A stretch of 64,000 nucleotides of DNA from Alphaproteobacteria bacterium (GTDB lineage: Bacteria; Pseudomonadota; Alphaproteobacteria; MPNO01; UBA830). Below are positions 23,544 to 35,186 of this stretch, in pieces. The stretch spans positions 896,001 to 960,000 of the forward strand of contig OZ219791.1 of NCBI GenBank assembly GCA_964291215.2. The letters are read 5' to 3'. The translations under genes were made by a program, and so were the position numbers. Position 1 is the stretch's first letter; every line of letters begins with the position of its first letter. The notes under the pieces were generated by a model, which saw only the letters and a program-made list of their open reading frames with translations, was not told the origin of the DNA and did not search any database.

Positions 23544-25781
23544 TCAGCCGATGTCGAGGTGTTCGTTGTACTGATCGACCGTCAGGAAGCCGAAGTCGTC
23601 GGCCGTCAGCATCTCGGACGTCACGCCCCTGACGATGATCTCGTTGCCTGCGAGCTTGGCCGAGGTGATGACCACGCCGCCCGCCTCCTCGCTGTCGGTC
23701 AGCACCAGGTCGGAGAACGAAAGAAACTTCTTCTCGGTCCCGGCATTCGCCCCGGTCTGGGCCAGGAAGACGATCGTGTCGGTCCCGTCCTCGAAGTCGG
23801 TGATAACGTCCACACCGTCGCCCCGGCGGAACAGGAACTCGTCGGCGCCCTCGCCGCCACGCAGACGGTCGGCATCCCTGCCGCCCTCCAGACGGTCGTT
23901 GCCGCCATTGCCGAACAGCCGGTCTTCGCCCGCGCCGCCGGCCAGCACATCGAGATCGCCCTCGCCGCCTTCCAGCCGGTCATTGCCGTCCCCGCCGTCC
24001 AGCGCATCGCTGCCGCGGCCGCCATACAGCATGTCGTCGCCATTGCCGCCATTGAGCGTGTCATCGCCGTCTTCGCCGTACAGCCGGTCGGCGCTCTTCC
24101 CGCCGTTCAGCGTGTCGCCGCCGGCGCCGCCGTGGAGGATGTCGTTGTTGTCATCCCCGAACAGGGAGTCGTCGCCGCTGTCGCCATACAGCGTGTCCTT
24201 GCCATTGCCGCCATACAGCGTGTCGTCGCCGCCGCGCCCGTAGAGCACGTCCGCCGCGCCCTTGCCGTCAATGGTGTCGTTGTCCTTGCCACCGACGAGC
24301 ATGTCCTTCCTGTTCGTGCCCTTGAGCGTCTTCCCGGCCTGCGGGTCCGGATACTCCTCGTTCGGGTCGAAGTCCCAGATGAAGTCGACCTTGTTCCTGA
24401 GCTCCTGCAACTGCTGGGCAGTGAGATCCTCGAAGCCCTGGAACCGGGCCAGCACCGTCTGCGAGTCGCCCGGGCCGGTGACAAGGTGCGTGGTCACATC
24501 GTTCGGGTCCGTGATGCTCCGGACAAACCGGACATCGTCCCACGAGGGTGAGGGTAGTCTTCGCCATTGCGTTATGCTGAACGGCAACCGGATGTAGTCC
24601 TCCTCGACCTTGAAGTCCCCGATGATGTCAGCGGCCCCGTCGCTGCTCCGGCCCTCGCTGATCACGAAGATGTCCCGGCCGGCGCCGCCGTAGAGCACAT
24701 CCCTGCCGTCGCCGCCATCGAGCCTGTCGTGGCCGTCGCCGCCGTAGAGCCCGTCGTCGCCGTCGCCGCCGTAGAGCAGGTCGTTGCCGCCGTCGCCGTC
24801 CAGCGAGTCCATGCCCGCACCGCCCCAAAGCGTGTCGTTGCCGTTGCCGCCTTGCAGCCGGTCGTCGCCGTCCCCGCCGCGGAGGGTATCGTTGCCGTTG
24901 CCGCCGACGAGAGCGTCGTCCCCCGCGCCGCCCTTGAGCGTGTCTTCGCCGCCATGGCCGTAGATATGGTCGGAATGCGCGGTGCCCTGAATGGTGTTGC
25001 CATTGTGGTCGCCGTTGATCCAGTCCCCGCTCGCGGTCTCCAGGAACTCGTCAATCTTCCCTTTCGCCACCCTCACGGCTTCGGCGTCATCGGGATTGAC
25101 TTCCTCCTCGAATTTGAGCTCGGCGAGTACCTTGTTGCCGAGCATGATCCGGAAGTGGGCATTCCCGTAATGGCCGTCGGGGTGGTGGACAATGGTGAGC
25201 TCCGCCCCGTCCCGGATACCGGTCACGTAGATGTAGTCGTACCAATTCCGGAAGTCCTCGATATAGACATAGCTGTCGGGGTTGAGGATGAAGTGGTCGC
25301 CGCCATGGCCGCCATGGAGGAGGCTTCCCTGCGGATCCCCGGCCTGGTTGGAGATCGGCCCCCGGCCAAGCGTCGCGTCGGTCAGCGCGCCGGTGCCGTC
25401 GTCCTGCCGGTTGCTCGCCTTGAGCTTGCCCGCGATCAGGAAGTCGTTGTGGGAGCCGCCGTAGAGGCGGTCGGCGATCTGGTCCTTCTGGTTCCCGACC
25501 AGGATGTCGTTGCCCCAGCCGCCGCGCAGGGTGTTCGGTCCGTTGCCGCCTTCGAGATAGTCGCGCCCGCCACCGCCGTGTGCGTCGCTGCCGCCGCCGG
25601 AATCCTTGAACCAGTCATTGCCCTTCTGTCCGATGAAGGTGTCCTTGCCTGCCCCTCCGATAACGTTCATCGGGCCTTCGTAGGGACTTCCGCCCTCCCC
25701 GCGCCTGGCCTCGTATCGGTTTTCTCCGGTATCCCGGGATCGATCCACCGTCTCTTCGCTGTCGATATAATGAGTTGCCAT
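23544..25781 (-). CDS. RTX-type Ca2+-binding protein, multi-block
   Basis: Three GGxGxDxL blocks separated by unique domains; C-terminus paralogous to the 21966 protein; GAGGAG RBS. Confidence 0.92.
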   Translation of the reverse strand: MATHYIDSEETVDRSRDTGENRYEARRGEGGSPYEGPMNVIGGAGKDTFIGQKGNDWFKDSGGGSDAHGGGGRDYLEGGNGPNTLRGGWGNDILVGNQKDQIADRLYGGSHNDFLIAGKLKASNRQDDGTGALTDATLGRGPISNQAGDPQGSLLHGGHGGDHFILNPDSYVYIEDFRNWYDYIYVTGIRDGAELTIVHHPDGHYGNAHFRIMLGNKVLAELKFEEEVNPDDAEAVRVAKGKIDEFLETASGDWINGDHNGNTIQGTAHSDHIYGHGGEDTLKGGAGDDALVGGNGNDTLRGGDGDDRLQGGNGNDTLWGGAGMDSLDGDGGNDLLYGGDGDDGLYGGDGHDRLDGGDGRDVLYGGAGRDIFVISEGRSSDGAADIIGDFKVEEDYIRLPFSITQWRRLPSPSWDDVRFVRSITDPNDVTTHLVTGPGDSQTVLARFQGFEDLTAQQLQELRNKVDFIWDFDPNEEYPDPQAGKTLKGTNRKDMLVGGKDNDTIDGKGAADVLYGRGGDDTLYGGNGKDTLYGDSGDDSLFGDDNNDILHGGAGGDTLNGGKSADRLYGEDGDDTLNGGNGDDMLYGGRGSDALDGGDGNDRLEGGEGDLDVLAGGAGEDRLFGNGGNDRLEGGRDADRLRGGEGADEFLFRRGDGVDVITDFEDGTDTIVFLAQTGANAGTEKKFLSFSDLVLTDSEEAGGVVITSAKLAGNEIIVRGVTSEMLTADDFGFLTVDQYNEHLDIG

Positions 25782-25819
25782 GACGATCTCTCCTCAAGGC
25801 CAAGTGAACAATGTCCTTG

Positions 25820-25848
25820 ACAATACCGGGGGGGGGGGGGGAAGTCAA
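25820..25848 (-). promoter_or_regulatory. Sigma70-like promoter with a C14 homopolymer in the spacer (putative phase-variable)
   Basis: Minus strand: TTGACT-t-C14-gg-TATTGT, spacer exactly 17 bp, about 40 bp upstream of the RTX ATG. Confidence 0.75.
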
Positions 25849-25949
25849 CACATGGAATACGGCCTTGCCGAGAGCGGCGCGGCCTCCCTGTCACGGCCGG
25901 GGCGGCGGCCCCTGTCCTGCGCCATCGGCAGGACACGCCGGGTGTTTTC

Positions 25950-28900
25950 CTACCAGCGGAGCGCGCCGCGCAGCATGAGGCTGTCTTCGGGGCCCGGCTG
26001 GTGCGCGCCCTCGACGCCGAGAGACAGCCCCGCGCCGAGGCGGTAGCGCGCGCCGAGCCGCAGGGTGCGTGCGCCCGCCAGGCTGAGTCCGGCCCAGGGG
26101 GTGAGCACCGCCAACGGCCCCGGACCGGGCAGGCCGAAGCCGTGGCCCACCTCCGCCTCCAGACGGCTCTCTGCCGCGCCGGATGCAGCCGCGGGCAGGT
26201 CGAACAGCTGCCCGAGGCCGCTCTCCGTGCGCCCGTGCGCGGGACCGAAGGCGAGGAACGTCCCGCGCCCGTCGGCCCCGGGGTCGAGGCGCACAAGCGC
26301 GCTCACTCGTCGCGCTCCGCCTCGTGCGCCGCCAGGAGCCGCGCGCGCAGCTCCGCCGTCAGACCCGCCGCCGGGTCCCGCCAGGTCACGCCCGCCCCGG
26401 CCTCGAGGCCCGCCCCTTCGCCAACGCCGCCGTCATGGCGCACCCCCGCCTCCAGCGCCGGCGTCAGCGTCGCACCGCCCGCCAGCGCGTGCTCGTACGA
26501 GCCCTCCAGCAGCAGCCGCAGACGGGTCGTCTTCGCCGTCAGCCCCTCCAGACCGTCATCGGCCTCCGTGCGCAGACGCGCCGCCGAACCCTCGCCCTTC
26601 ACCGCAAGGCGCGTCATCCCGCCCTCGATCAGCTCTGCATCCTCGGCCAGGACGCTGCGCCCGCCCGCAGACACGCTCCAATGCGTCAGCCCGGCGCTGC
26701 GCGCCGGCGCGCCCTCCTCGGTGATCCGCACCTCGCCGGTCCCGTAGCCGAGGCTCGCCCACAGGGTCGAGCCGTCCGGCGCCAGCCACGCCGCATAGGG
26801 GTGCACCGACGTGATCGTCGTCTCGTGCACGCCCTTCACCCCGCCCGTCTGCGTGTCCAGCTCGCCCCGCGCATGGGAGAGCGCCGCCCCGGCCAGCAGG
26901 TCCGGGCGCACCCGCAGGTCCGCCCCCAGCTGCGCCGACCACAGGCCGCCGTCCCAGGTGACATCCTTCTCCGAACCTGACAGCGACAGCCACTCGCCCC
27001 GGCCCCATACCGCCAACGCGGACGCCTCCCCGGCGCCCGCCGCCAGCGTGAAGGACGCCCCGTCCAGCATCTCGCTCAGCGTCGGCTCCTCCGGGCGCGG
27101 CGACGCCCACTCGTCCTCCACCGGCGGCAGGGCGCCGAACCGCAGCGAGCTGCCCGGCCTGCCTGCCGCCTCGATGCGCCCCGTCACCGCCCCCAGGGTC
27201 TGCGACATCGCCGCCGCCGCCACATGCGGCAGCACCGCCGCATTCACCCGGTTCGCCCGCGCCGCGGAACCCCGGTCGCGCAGCACGCCCGCAGCCGTCG
27301 CGTCGCTCCCCACCGCGTAGTCCGCACCATCGTTCAGCGTGATGCGGTAGGCCTCCGCGCCTTCCGCATCCGCCGCCGTCGGGATCGTCACCACCCCCGT
27401 GGTGCGCGCCGCGGCGCCGAACACCGCATCGAACGAACGCGGCCCCAGACCGCCCGGAACGTCACCGGCATCGAAGCCGCTTGCGTTGCGCGCCGACAGC
27501 GTCAGGCTGACCGTCAGGCTGCCCGTCAGCGCCCGGTCGGCGGTCACCGCGAGGCGGATGTCGTCGCCCTCGGTCACCGCCGCAGGATCCTGCGCCAGCG
27601 TCAGCACCGGCAACAGCGTCGTGTCCGTCACCGCCACCGAATCGATGGTCACCGAACCGTAGCCGCCGCCCGAGGCGCCGTGGGTCAGCGTCGCCGTGTC
27701 GTCCGTCGTGTCCTCGTCACGGGCCGCGCGCACCGTCACCGTCTGCGCCGTGTCCCAGTTGGCGGTCGTGAAGGTCAGGCTGGCCGGTTCCACCGTCACG
27801 TCGCCCGACGCGCCGCCCACCGTCACCGTGACATCGCCCGAGGGTTCCGCGTCCAGCACCACCGTGTAGGCCGCACTGCTGCCCTCCGCCACCGTCAGCG
27901 CGGTCGGCGTCACCGTCACGCTTCCGGCGGGGGTCGTACCGCCGCCGGACGGCGGCGCCGCCGGCGCCACCGGCGTCGCCGTCACCGGCGCATCCGGACC
28001 CGCCCCGTTGCCGGCCCCGTTCACCGCGCGCACCTCGAACTGGTAGGCGGTGCCGTTGGTCAGACCGCTCACCTCGTGGCTGGTGGTGCCCGCACCGGAG
28101 CCGGGAATGTCCTCCCACTCGCCCCACTCGCCGCTGCCGGCCTTCCGCCGCACCTGCCACTTCGTGATGGTCGGGTTGTCCGGGTCGGTCCAGCTCAGCG
28201 TCACCGAGCCGCTGCCCGCCGCGCCGGCAAGGCCGGCCGGCTTCAACGGCGCCGCATCCTTCTCCGCCACGCTCACCACCACATCGGCGATGCTCACCGA
28301 GCCGTAGCCGCCGCCAGACGCGCCGTGAGTCAGCGTCACGGCGGGGTCCGTGTTCGTGTCCGTGCCTGCGTTCACCGTCACCGTCTGCGGCTGGTTCCAG
28401 TCGGTCCGGGTGAAGGTCAGCGCGCTCTGGTTGCCGGTCATGACGGTGTCGGTGTCCACCGTCACGTCCCCCGACGCGCCGCCCACCGTTATCGTCACAT
28501 CCGATGATGGCGGCGTGTTCAGCCGCATCGTGTACGTCCTGCTGCCCCCTTCCGCCACCGTCAGCGCCGCCGTCGACACCGTCACCCCCGGCGTATCGGC
28601 CACCGTCACGTCCACCGTGCCCGCATCCGGGATCGCATCCGCAGAAGCCCCCGTCAGCCGGAAGGCGTGGTTGATCACCGCCGTGCCGTTCGCCACACCG
28701 GTCACCGTCACCGTCCGCGCCGTGTTGTAGTTGGTGGTGGTAAACGTCAGGCTCGCCGGACTCACCCGCGCCGCCGCCGTGGCGTCGCTCGTCACCCGCA
28801 GCGTCCCCGCATACGCCTTCGTCAGCGCCACCGTGTAGGTCGCCGTGGAACCGGGCGCCACCGTCACCGGCGTCCCGGTCAGCGTAAGCGCCGCCGTGGT

Positions 28901-31036
28901 GTCGTCCTTGAAGGTCACCGTACGAATGTTCGACCAGGGACCCTGAAGGTTGCCCGTTCCCCCGGCGACACCCGCCATGCGATAGCCCGTTGCCCGAACC
29001 CGGACCTCGACCGATGCCCCGTCGGGATAGTCCAGCAGAAGCCGATTGTTGCGAGAGCCCGGGTTCTGTCTGGCACTCGCCTGGTTGAGACTGCGATCCG
29101 TCCAGGTGCTGGCCCCCTTCAGCCGGGTCTGCGCTCTCCACCAATGGAACTTGGCCGCGTCCTTCACATAGTCGTCCGCATCCGACAACTCGTTCGAGCC
29201 GCCGGCATGGGTCCAGGTCAGGTCGATCTGCCCGTTCGTCGTCGAGGTCGCCGCCGTCAGCACCGGGGCCGCCGGATCGGTCTTCGCCGTCACCTGGTCC
29301 GACCACACCGACTGCACCCCGGGACGGACCGCCGCAAACAGGCGGAACGTGTAGTCCGTGCCCTTCGTCAGCCCCGTCACCCGGACGCTCGTCCTGCTTC
29401 TGCCCGTGACCGTCGTGGTCGTGTTCCAGCCGCCCGTGCTCTTGTACTGATAGCCCCAGCTCGTTATCGGAATGCCCGTCAAGGCGCTCCAGCTCAGGGT
29501 GACCGAGGCATCGCCCCCGGCCGCCGTCAGGACCGGCTTGGGAACCGTATTCGTCGGCGTCGCCGTCACCTGGTCCGACCACACCGACTGCACACCGGGA
29601 CCGACCGCGGCGAACAGCCGGAACGTGTATTCCGTGCCGATCGTCAGGCCCGTCACCGTGGTGCTCGTCGTGCTGCCGCCGGTGACCGTCCGGGTCCTGA
29701 TCCAGCTGCCGCCCGCGGGCTTGTACTGATAGCCCCAGCTCGCAACCGTCACACCCGACAAGGCGCTCCAGCTCAGGGTGACCCTGGCGTAGCCCGGTTC
29801 GGCGCTCAGCACCGGCTTGGGAACCGCCGCCGACGGCGTCGCCTCCACCACCGCCGACGCGGCGCTGTTGCCGCCGCTGTTCCGCGCCCGGATGCGGAAG
29901 CGGTACTCGCTGTCGTTATCCAGACCCGTCACCGTGTGGGTCGTGGTGTCGGCGTCCGAACCGGAAATCGCGGTCCAGCTGCCCCAGGCGGCGCTGCCCT
30001 TCCTCTGCTGCACCCGATACCGCGTGATCGAATCGTCGTCCGGGTCGGTCCACGTCAGCTTCACCTGACGGTTGCCCGCCTCCGCCGACAGGCCCGTCGG
30101 CGCGGCGGGGACGGCGACGGTGGGGGGATCGTCGTCGTCGGTGATGGTCAGGGTGAGTCTGCCGGAGGTCCAGTCGGACTTGTAACCAAGCAGCCTGATG
30201 GTCTCGTTCGGCTCGTCCCGGGTGTCGCCGAGAATGCGCACTTTCATCGTGCCCTCGGTCTCGCCTTCGGCGATGGAGACCGTGACGCTGGCCGGATAGC
30301 ACCAGTCGGTATCCGCCGGGATCAGCGGCGCCGTGCAGGGATCGCGCCCCTTGTCGGAGCCTTTGGCCGTACCGCTGGGGCTGTCAGAAGTAACGGTGAT
30401 CGAAAAGCCCGCCGGCGCCGCCTCGCCGAGCGTGACGGTCACCGTCACGTCCGTCGAACCGGTGTTGCCCTCGGTGATCGAGGTCGAGGTAGCCGACAAG
30501 GTGATCGTCTTCGTGGTGGCCGCCACCGGCGTGGCGGTGACTTCGTTGGAGGGGCCACCGGAACTTCGATCAAGGCCTTGTTATAGTGTTCCAATGCCCT
30601 CTGACCTGGAAGGTGTAAGCGGAGTTGTTGGTCAGGCTCGTTACAGTGTGACTTCTTATTCCTATGCCGCCGGAGATGCTCGTCCATCCGATGTAGTTGC
30701 CCGTGCCTTTCTTCCACCGGTATTGCCACCGACTGTTGATGCCGTTATTGCCGGTCCACATGAGCGTAACCTGCCCGTCGCCCGCCGTGGCGGTAAGAAC
30801 GGGGGCCTGCGCTTGCGCATCCTGGGGCGCGAGGGCGGCGGCCAGCGCGATGAGGAAGAGGGCAGCGAGTCCCGCCTTCAGGCGGCGGGCGGTTCTCCCG
30901 AGGGCGCCCACCGGTTCAGCCCCGCGCCCTGACTCTTGGGGGGGGGGGGGGGTACAACGAGTTCGCGCGCGCGTGAGGCGCTCCGCCCGAAGAGCCGCAG
31001 GTCATGCATCCCGATATCGCCCGGCGTCCGCGTCAT
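25950..31036 (-). pseudogene. Giant FN3/Calx-beta/Ig-like autotransporter-type surface protein, copy B (frameshifts at the C15 tract, near 30580 and near 26305)
   Basis: Signal peptide (LAALFLIALAAALAPQDAQA), several FN3 repeats, Calx-beta-like DTRDEPNETI, barrel ending LRGALRW; split over ORFs 30570-30911, 26303-30526 and 25950-26306. Confidence 0.85.
30938..30952 (-). repeat. C15 homopolymer in the autotransporter leader coding region
   Basis: G15 on the plus strand; encodes PPPPP in frame with ATG 31036 but out of frame with the downstream signal peptide. Confidence 0.85.
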
Positions 31037-31399
31037 GACCTCATCCTCCCGTGCCTGATTCCAAACCTGCGCCGCGCCCGCACGACCGCAGCGAACCCGC
31101 CGGTGCAACCCATAACCCGTCCGCAGGCCGGTTTCAAGGCGCGCCGCGCCCGATACACGGCGATCCCACGCCAGGTTTGTTGGAAGGGTCGGTTTCGCTT
31201 GTTCAGGATGATTCGCATTTTTGCCGGCTTTTTGTGAAGCGGCGCAGTATCCGTTGTCGTGGAGGCAGCGGATTTTTTTGAGACGACTCCGGAGGGTTTT
31301 GCGCTCCGGGATGTGGTTGTGCGCCTTGCGCGGCCTGATGTCGCTGGAATCGTGCGGTCGACGGCAAGCGCGGCCGCACCGGCGAGGATCATTACGAGA

Positions 31400-31690
31400 C
31401 GGTCTCGCTGGCCGGTATTCGATCCTCAACTGTCACGACGGGGAGACCGCTGCCGTCCACGCCACGCTCGAGACGGCACCGGTTGCCGGCCGTCTGCTCA
31501 CCCTCGACGCGCTCCACACCACCCGCGAGGCTGATCGTCGAGACCCATCGCGCGGACTGATGGTCAAGGGCAACGCACCTTCGAGAGAGCATCAACTGGA
31601 AGATCGCGAGCACGGGACGCTACAGCGAAAAGCCCGCGCATGGCCGCCATCGCACCATCTTTACCCCGCTAGCGAAGATGATCAACTAGT
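31400..31690 (+). mobile_element. ISAs1-family transposase remnant
   Basis: ETAAVHATLETAPVAGRLLTLDALHTTRE...MVKGNAP...EHGTLQR. Confidence 0.6.
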
Positions 31691-31911
31691 CAGGTGACAC
31701 TGAAGTAAGGTTCATTGTAAGGTTGTGTCCCGAGTCGGACAATGGAGGTTATCTCGATGGGGCGCGGTACGGTACGGTCGCTGGCGGCCTTGACCACTCA
31801 AGACCAGCACCCGCCAAAGGCCGTCCCATACCGCGTGGCATCGCCATGACCTTCGTGTTCACACTCCAACCGCCATCATATAATCATGCTTACTTCAGTT
31901 CCAGATGACTA

Positions 31912-32751
31912 GGTTGTGGACTCAAATAATTGGTTTGCGATTCTGCGGAGCAAGAATCGGCTGGCAGCCAGTTGCACGGCGGAGAGGAAGTTCCTTGTCA
32001 TAACGAGTGGCGACTCGTCGGAACTCCTTGATCTTGCCGAAGAACCGCTCGACCAGGTTGCGCATCCTGTAGATCTCGCGGTCAAGCGGCCGGGGCGATG
32101 TCCGGTTGGATTTTGACGGAATGACCGCGGTTGCTCCTGCCATCTCGATCAGATGGCGTCGGTGTCGTAGGCCTTGTCGCCGACCACCGTCTCGCTCGAG
32201 GTCGGCGAGAAGCGCCTCCGCCTGCGCGCAGTCGGCCGCCTGGCCCGGGGTCAGGAACACGGTTTTCACCCTCTCGTTCTCGCCAAGATGGACCTTCGTC
32301 GTTCGTCCGCCACGGCTCACTGCGAAGGCTCGTCGTCCCGGGACGCCCCGGCTTGTGAACGCGCACCGACGAGGAGTCCACCATGCGCAGGTGAACCGAG
32401 CGAGCCATCGTCGCTCCCGTCATCATCGCTCGTAAGCCTTTGAAGCTTCTCCATGCCCAGGTGCCGTTCTTGCTCCACCGGTTGAAGCGGTTGAAGCAGA
32501 CGGACCGTACCGCTCCGGCAGATCGCGCCACGGCGTACCGGTGCGAAGCACGAAGAATATCCCGTTCATGACCCTCCGGTCATGCACCCGCTCCGGGCCC
32601 TGGTGCTTGTCGGGAAGCACCGAGCGGAGAACCTCCCATTCCGCGTCGCTCATGTCGTGTCGGTCGCCGCTCATCCTTCACTCTCCTTGTGGATCGCTTT
32701 TGACAAGACATGGCAAATCGTGCAAAAATGTCAACATTTGGGTACACACCC
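31912..32751 (-). mobile_element. IS5-family (IS427-like) copy 1, degenerate
   Basis: TIRs GGTTGTGGACTCAAAT / ATTTGGGTACACACCC next to CTAG; RHDMSDAEW, LRTGTPWRDLPERYG, RNLVERFFGKIKEFRRVATRYDK. Confidence 0.88.
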
Positions 32752-32753
32752 TA

Positions 32754-33335
32754 GGCTGTGGACTCAAATAATTGGTTTGCGATTCTGCGGAGCAAGAATC
32801 GGCTGGCAGCCAGTTGCACGGCGGAGAGGAAGTTCCTTGTCATAACGGGTGGCGACCCGTCGGAACTCCTTGATCTTACCGAAGAACCGCTCGACCAGGT
32901 TGCGCATCCTGTAGATCTCGCGGTCGAGCGGCCGTGGCGATGTCCGGTTGGATTTTGACGGAATGACCGCGGTTGCTCCTGCCGTCTCGATCAGATGGCG
33001 TCGGTGTCGTAGGCCTTGTCGCCGACCACCGTCTCGCCCGAGGTCGGCGAGAAGCGCCTGCGCGCAGTCGGCTGCTTGGCCCGGGGTCAGGAACACGGTC
33101 TTCACCCTTTCGTTCTCGCCAAGATGGATCTTCGTCGTTCGTCCGCCACGGCCCGATTTGCGAAGGCTCGTCGTCCCGGGACGCCCCGGCACCGTGCTTG
33201 TGAACGCGCACCGACGAGGAGTCCACCATGCGCAGATGAACCGGCGGGCCATCGTCGCTCCCGTCATCACCGCTCGTAAGCCTTTGAAGCTTCTCCATGC
33301 CCAAGTGCCGTTCTTGCTCCACCGGTTGAAGCGGT
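32754..33335 (-). mobile_element. IS5-family copy 2, 5'-truncated
   Basis: Tandem with copy 1 across CTAG 32751; near-identical 3' half; interrupted by IS1634 copy 3. Confidence 0.85.
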
Positions 33336-33339
33336 TGAT

Positions 33340-35186
33340 ATTGTTGGTAAAATTGCATGATGGCCACATGAAAATGTTCCCATGTAAAAGTGAATTTTCC
33401 TCTTGACAATTCACGAGGCAATGCCTATATGCGTTGCCATGTACTTCGACATCGTCCCCAACCGCAATTCGCCCCCCGCCGTCCTCCTGCGCGAAGGATG
33501 GCGCGAGAACGGAAAGGTCAGGAAACGCACCATTGCCAATCTCTCCTCCTGGCCCATGGAGAAGGTGGAGACCCTACGGCGTCTCTTGAAGAACGAACCC
33601 CTGGTTAGCCGTACCGATGCCTTCGACATCGTCCGCTCCCTTCCTCATGGCCATGTGGCCGCGGTGCTGGGAACCCTGAAGAAGCTGGACCGGCGGATCG
33701 ACCCGAAGCCCTCTCCCGAGCGCGATCAGGTTCTCGCCCTGATCGTGGCGAGGATCCTGGCACCCGCTTCGAAGCTGGCCCGAGGGCTGGCCGAGGCCAC
33801 CGCGGCGAGTACCTTGGGCGAGATCCTCGAGGCGGAAGGGGACGAGGACGACCTCTACGACGCCATGGACTGGCTCCTGGAGCGTCAGGAGAGGATCGAG
33901 CGGTCTCTGGCGAAGCGGCACCTCGAAGAGGGCTGTCTGGTGCTGTATGACCTGACCTCGGTGTGGATGGAGGGACGAAAGTGTCCCTTGGCCCGACGCG
34001 GGCACTCCCGGGATGGCAAGAAGGGCAAGCTGCAGATCGAGTTCGGCCTTCTGTGTGATCGGGACGGGTGTCCGGTGTCGGTGCGGGTGTTCCCCGGTAA
34101 CACCCGGACACGGTGTCCTCACAGATCGCCACGCTGCGGGAGCGGTTCTCCTTTGCGAAGGTGGTACTGGTGGGGGACCGGGGGATGCTGACCGAGGCGC
34201 GCATCCGCGAGGAGGTGAAGCCTGCGGGTCTGGATCAGCGCCTTGAGGGGACCGGCCATCCGTTCACTGGTGGAGGCCGGCGATGTCGAGATGTCGCTCT
34301 TCGACGAGAGAGATCTGGTGGAGATCACCAGCAATGCGTATCCCGGCGAACGCCTCATGGTGTGCCGCAACCCGCTGCTGGCCGAAGATCGGGCTCGCAA
34401 GCGCCAGGAACTGCTCGAGGCCACCGAGGCTCTGCTCGAACCGATTGCCGCGGCGACCCGGCGCGACAAGCGCCGCCTCGAGGGGGCCTTGAAGATCGGG
34501 GAACGGGTCGGCAAGGTCATCGGCAGGATGACGAAGCACTTCACGTGGTCCGTGGACGATGACGGTGTCTTCACCTATGGGCGCAATGAGGCTACCATCG
34601 CTGCCGAGGCTAGGCTCGACGGCCTCTACGTGATCCGCACCAGCCTGCCGCAGAGCGAGCTCGACGGTCCCGGCACGGTGCGCGCCTACAAGCGGCTGAG
34701 CTCCGTGGAACGGGCCTTCCGCAGCCTCAAGACCGTGGACCTGAAGGTGCGTCCCGTCTACCACCGCACCGAGCCCCGGGCCCATGTCTTCCTGTGCATG
34801 CTCGCCTACTACATCGAATGGCACATGCGCCAAAAACTGAAGCCCTTGCTGTTCGACGACGAGGATGCCGAAGGCGGCTGTCTGTCGTGGCGCCGGCAGA
34901 GGTTTCGGCGAGCGCCCGGGCCAAGGCGGCAACCAAGAGGACGCCCGGGGGTGGCACAGTTTCCGTACCCTCATCGATGATCTCGCGACCATCACCCGCA
35001 ACACCGTGGCGCCCCGCCTTGCGGGCGCCAAACCCTTCCAAGTCACCACGCGGCCCACGCCGCTCCAGAGAAGGGCATTCAAACTCCTGGGCGTGCGCCT
35101 GTAGCGTTCCCAGTAGCGACACACCCGATTCTTTCAAACGTCAATACATTCATAATGATACGTCTGATCGGCGCTGGAACTTCGGG
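33340..35186 (+). mobile_element. IS1634-family element copy 3 (least decayed)
   Basis: MYFDIVPNRNSPPAVLLREGWRE, LYDLTS, GHSRDGK, VGDRGM; right TIR GGAACTTCGGG followed by CTAA. Confidence 0.88.

Noticed and set aside
21924-24551. 875-aa plus-strand ORF and other long shadow ORFs (e.g. 28667-30586, 55287-57026, 10987-12492)
   Set aside because: Antisense shadows of real genes in GC-rich or repetitive DNA, with no recognisable motifs.
31040-31400. Possible IS5-type end or remnant upstream of the autotransporter
   Set aside because: Only a weak end-like sequence (GGTTTGTTGGAAG), with no partner TIR or convincing transposase motif.
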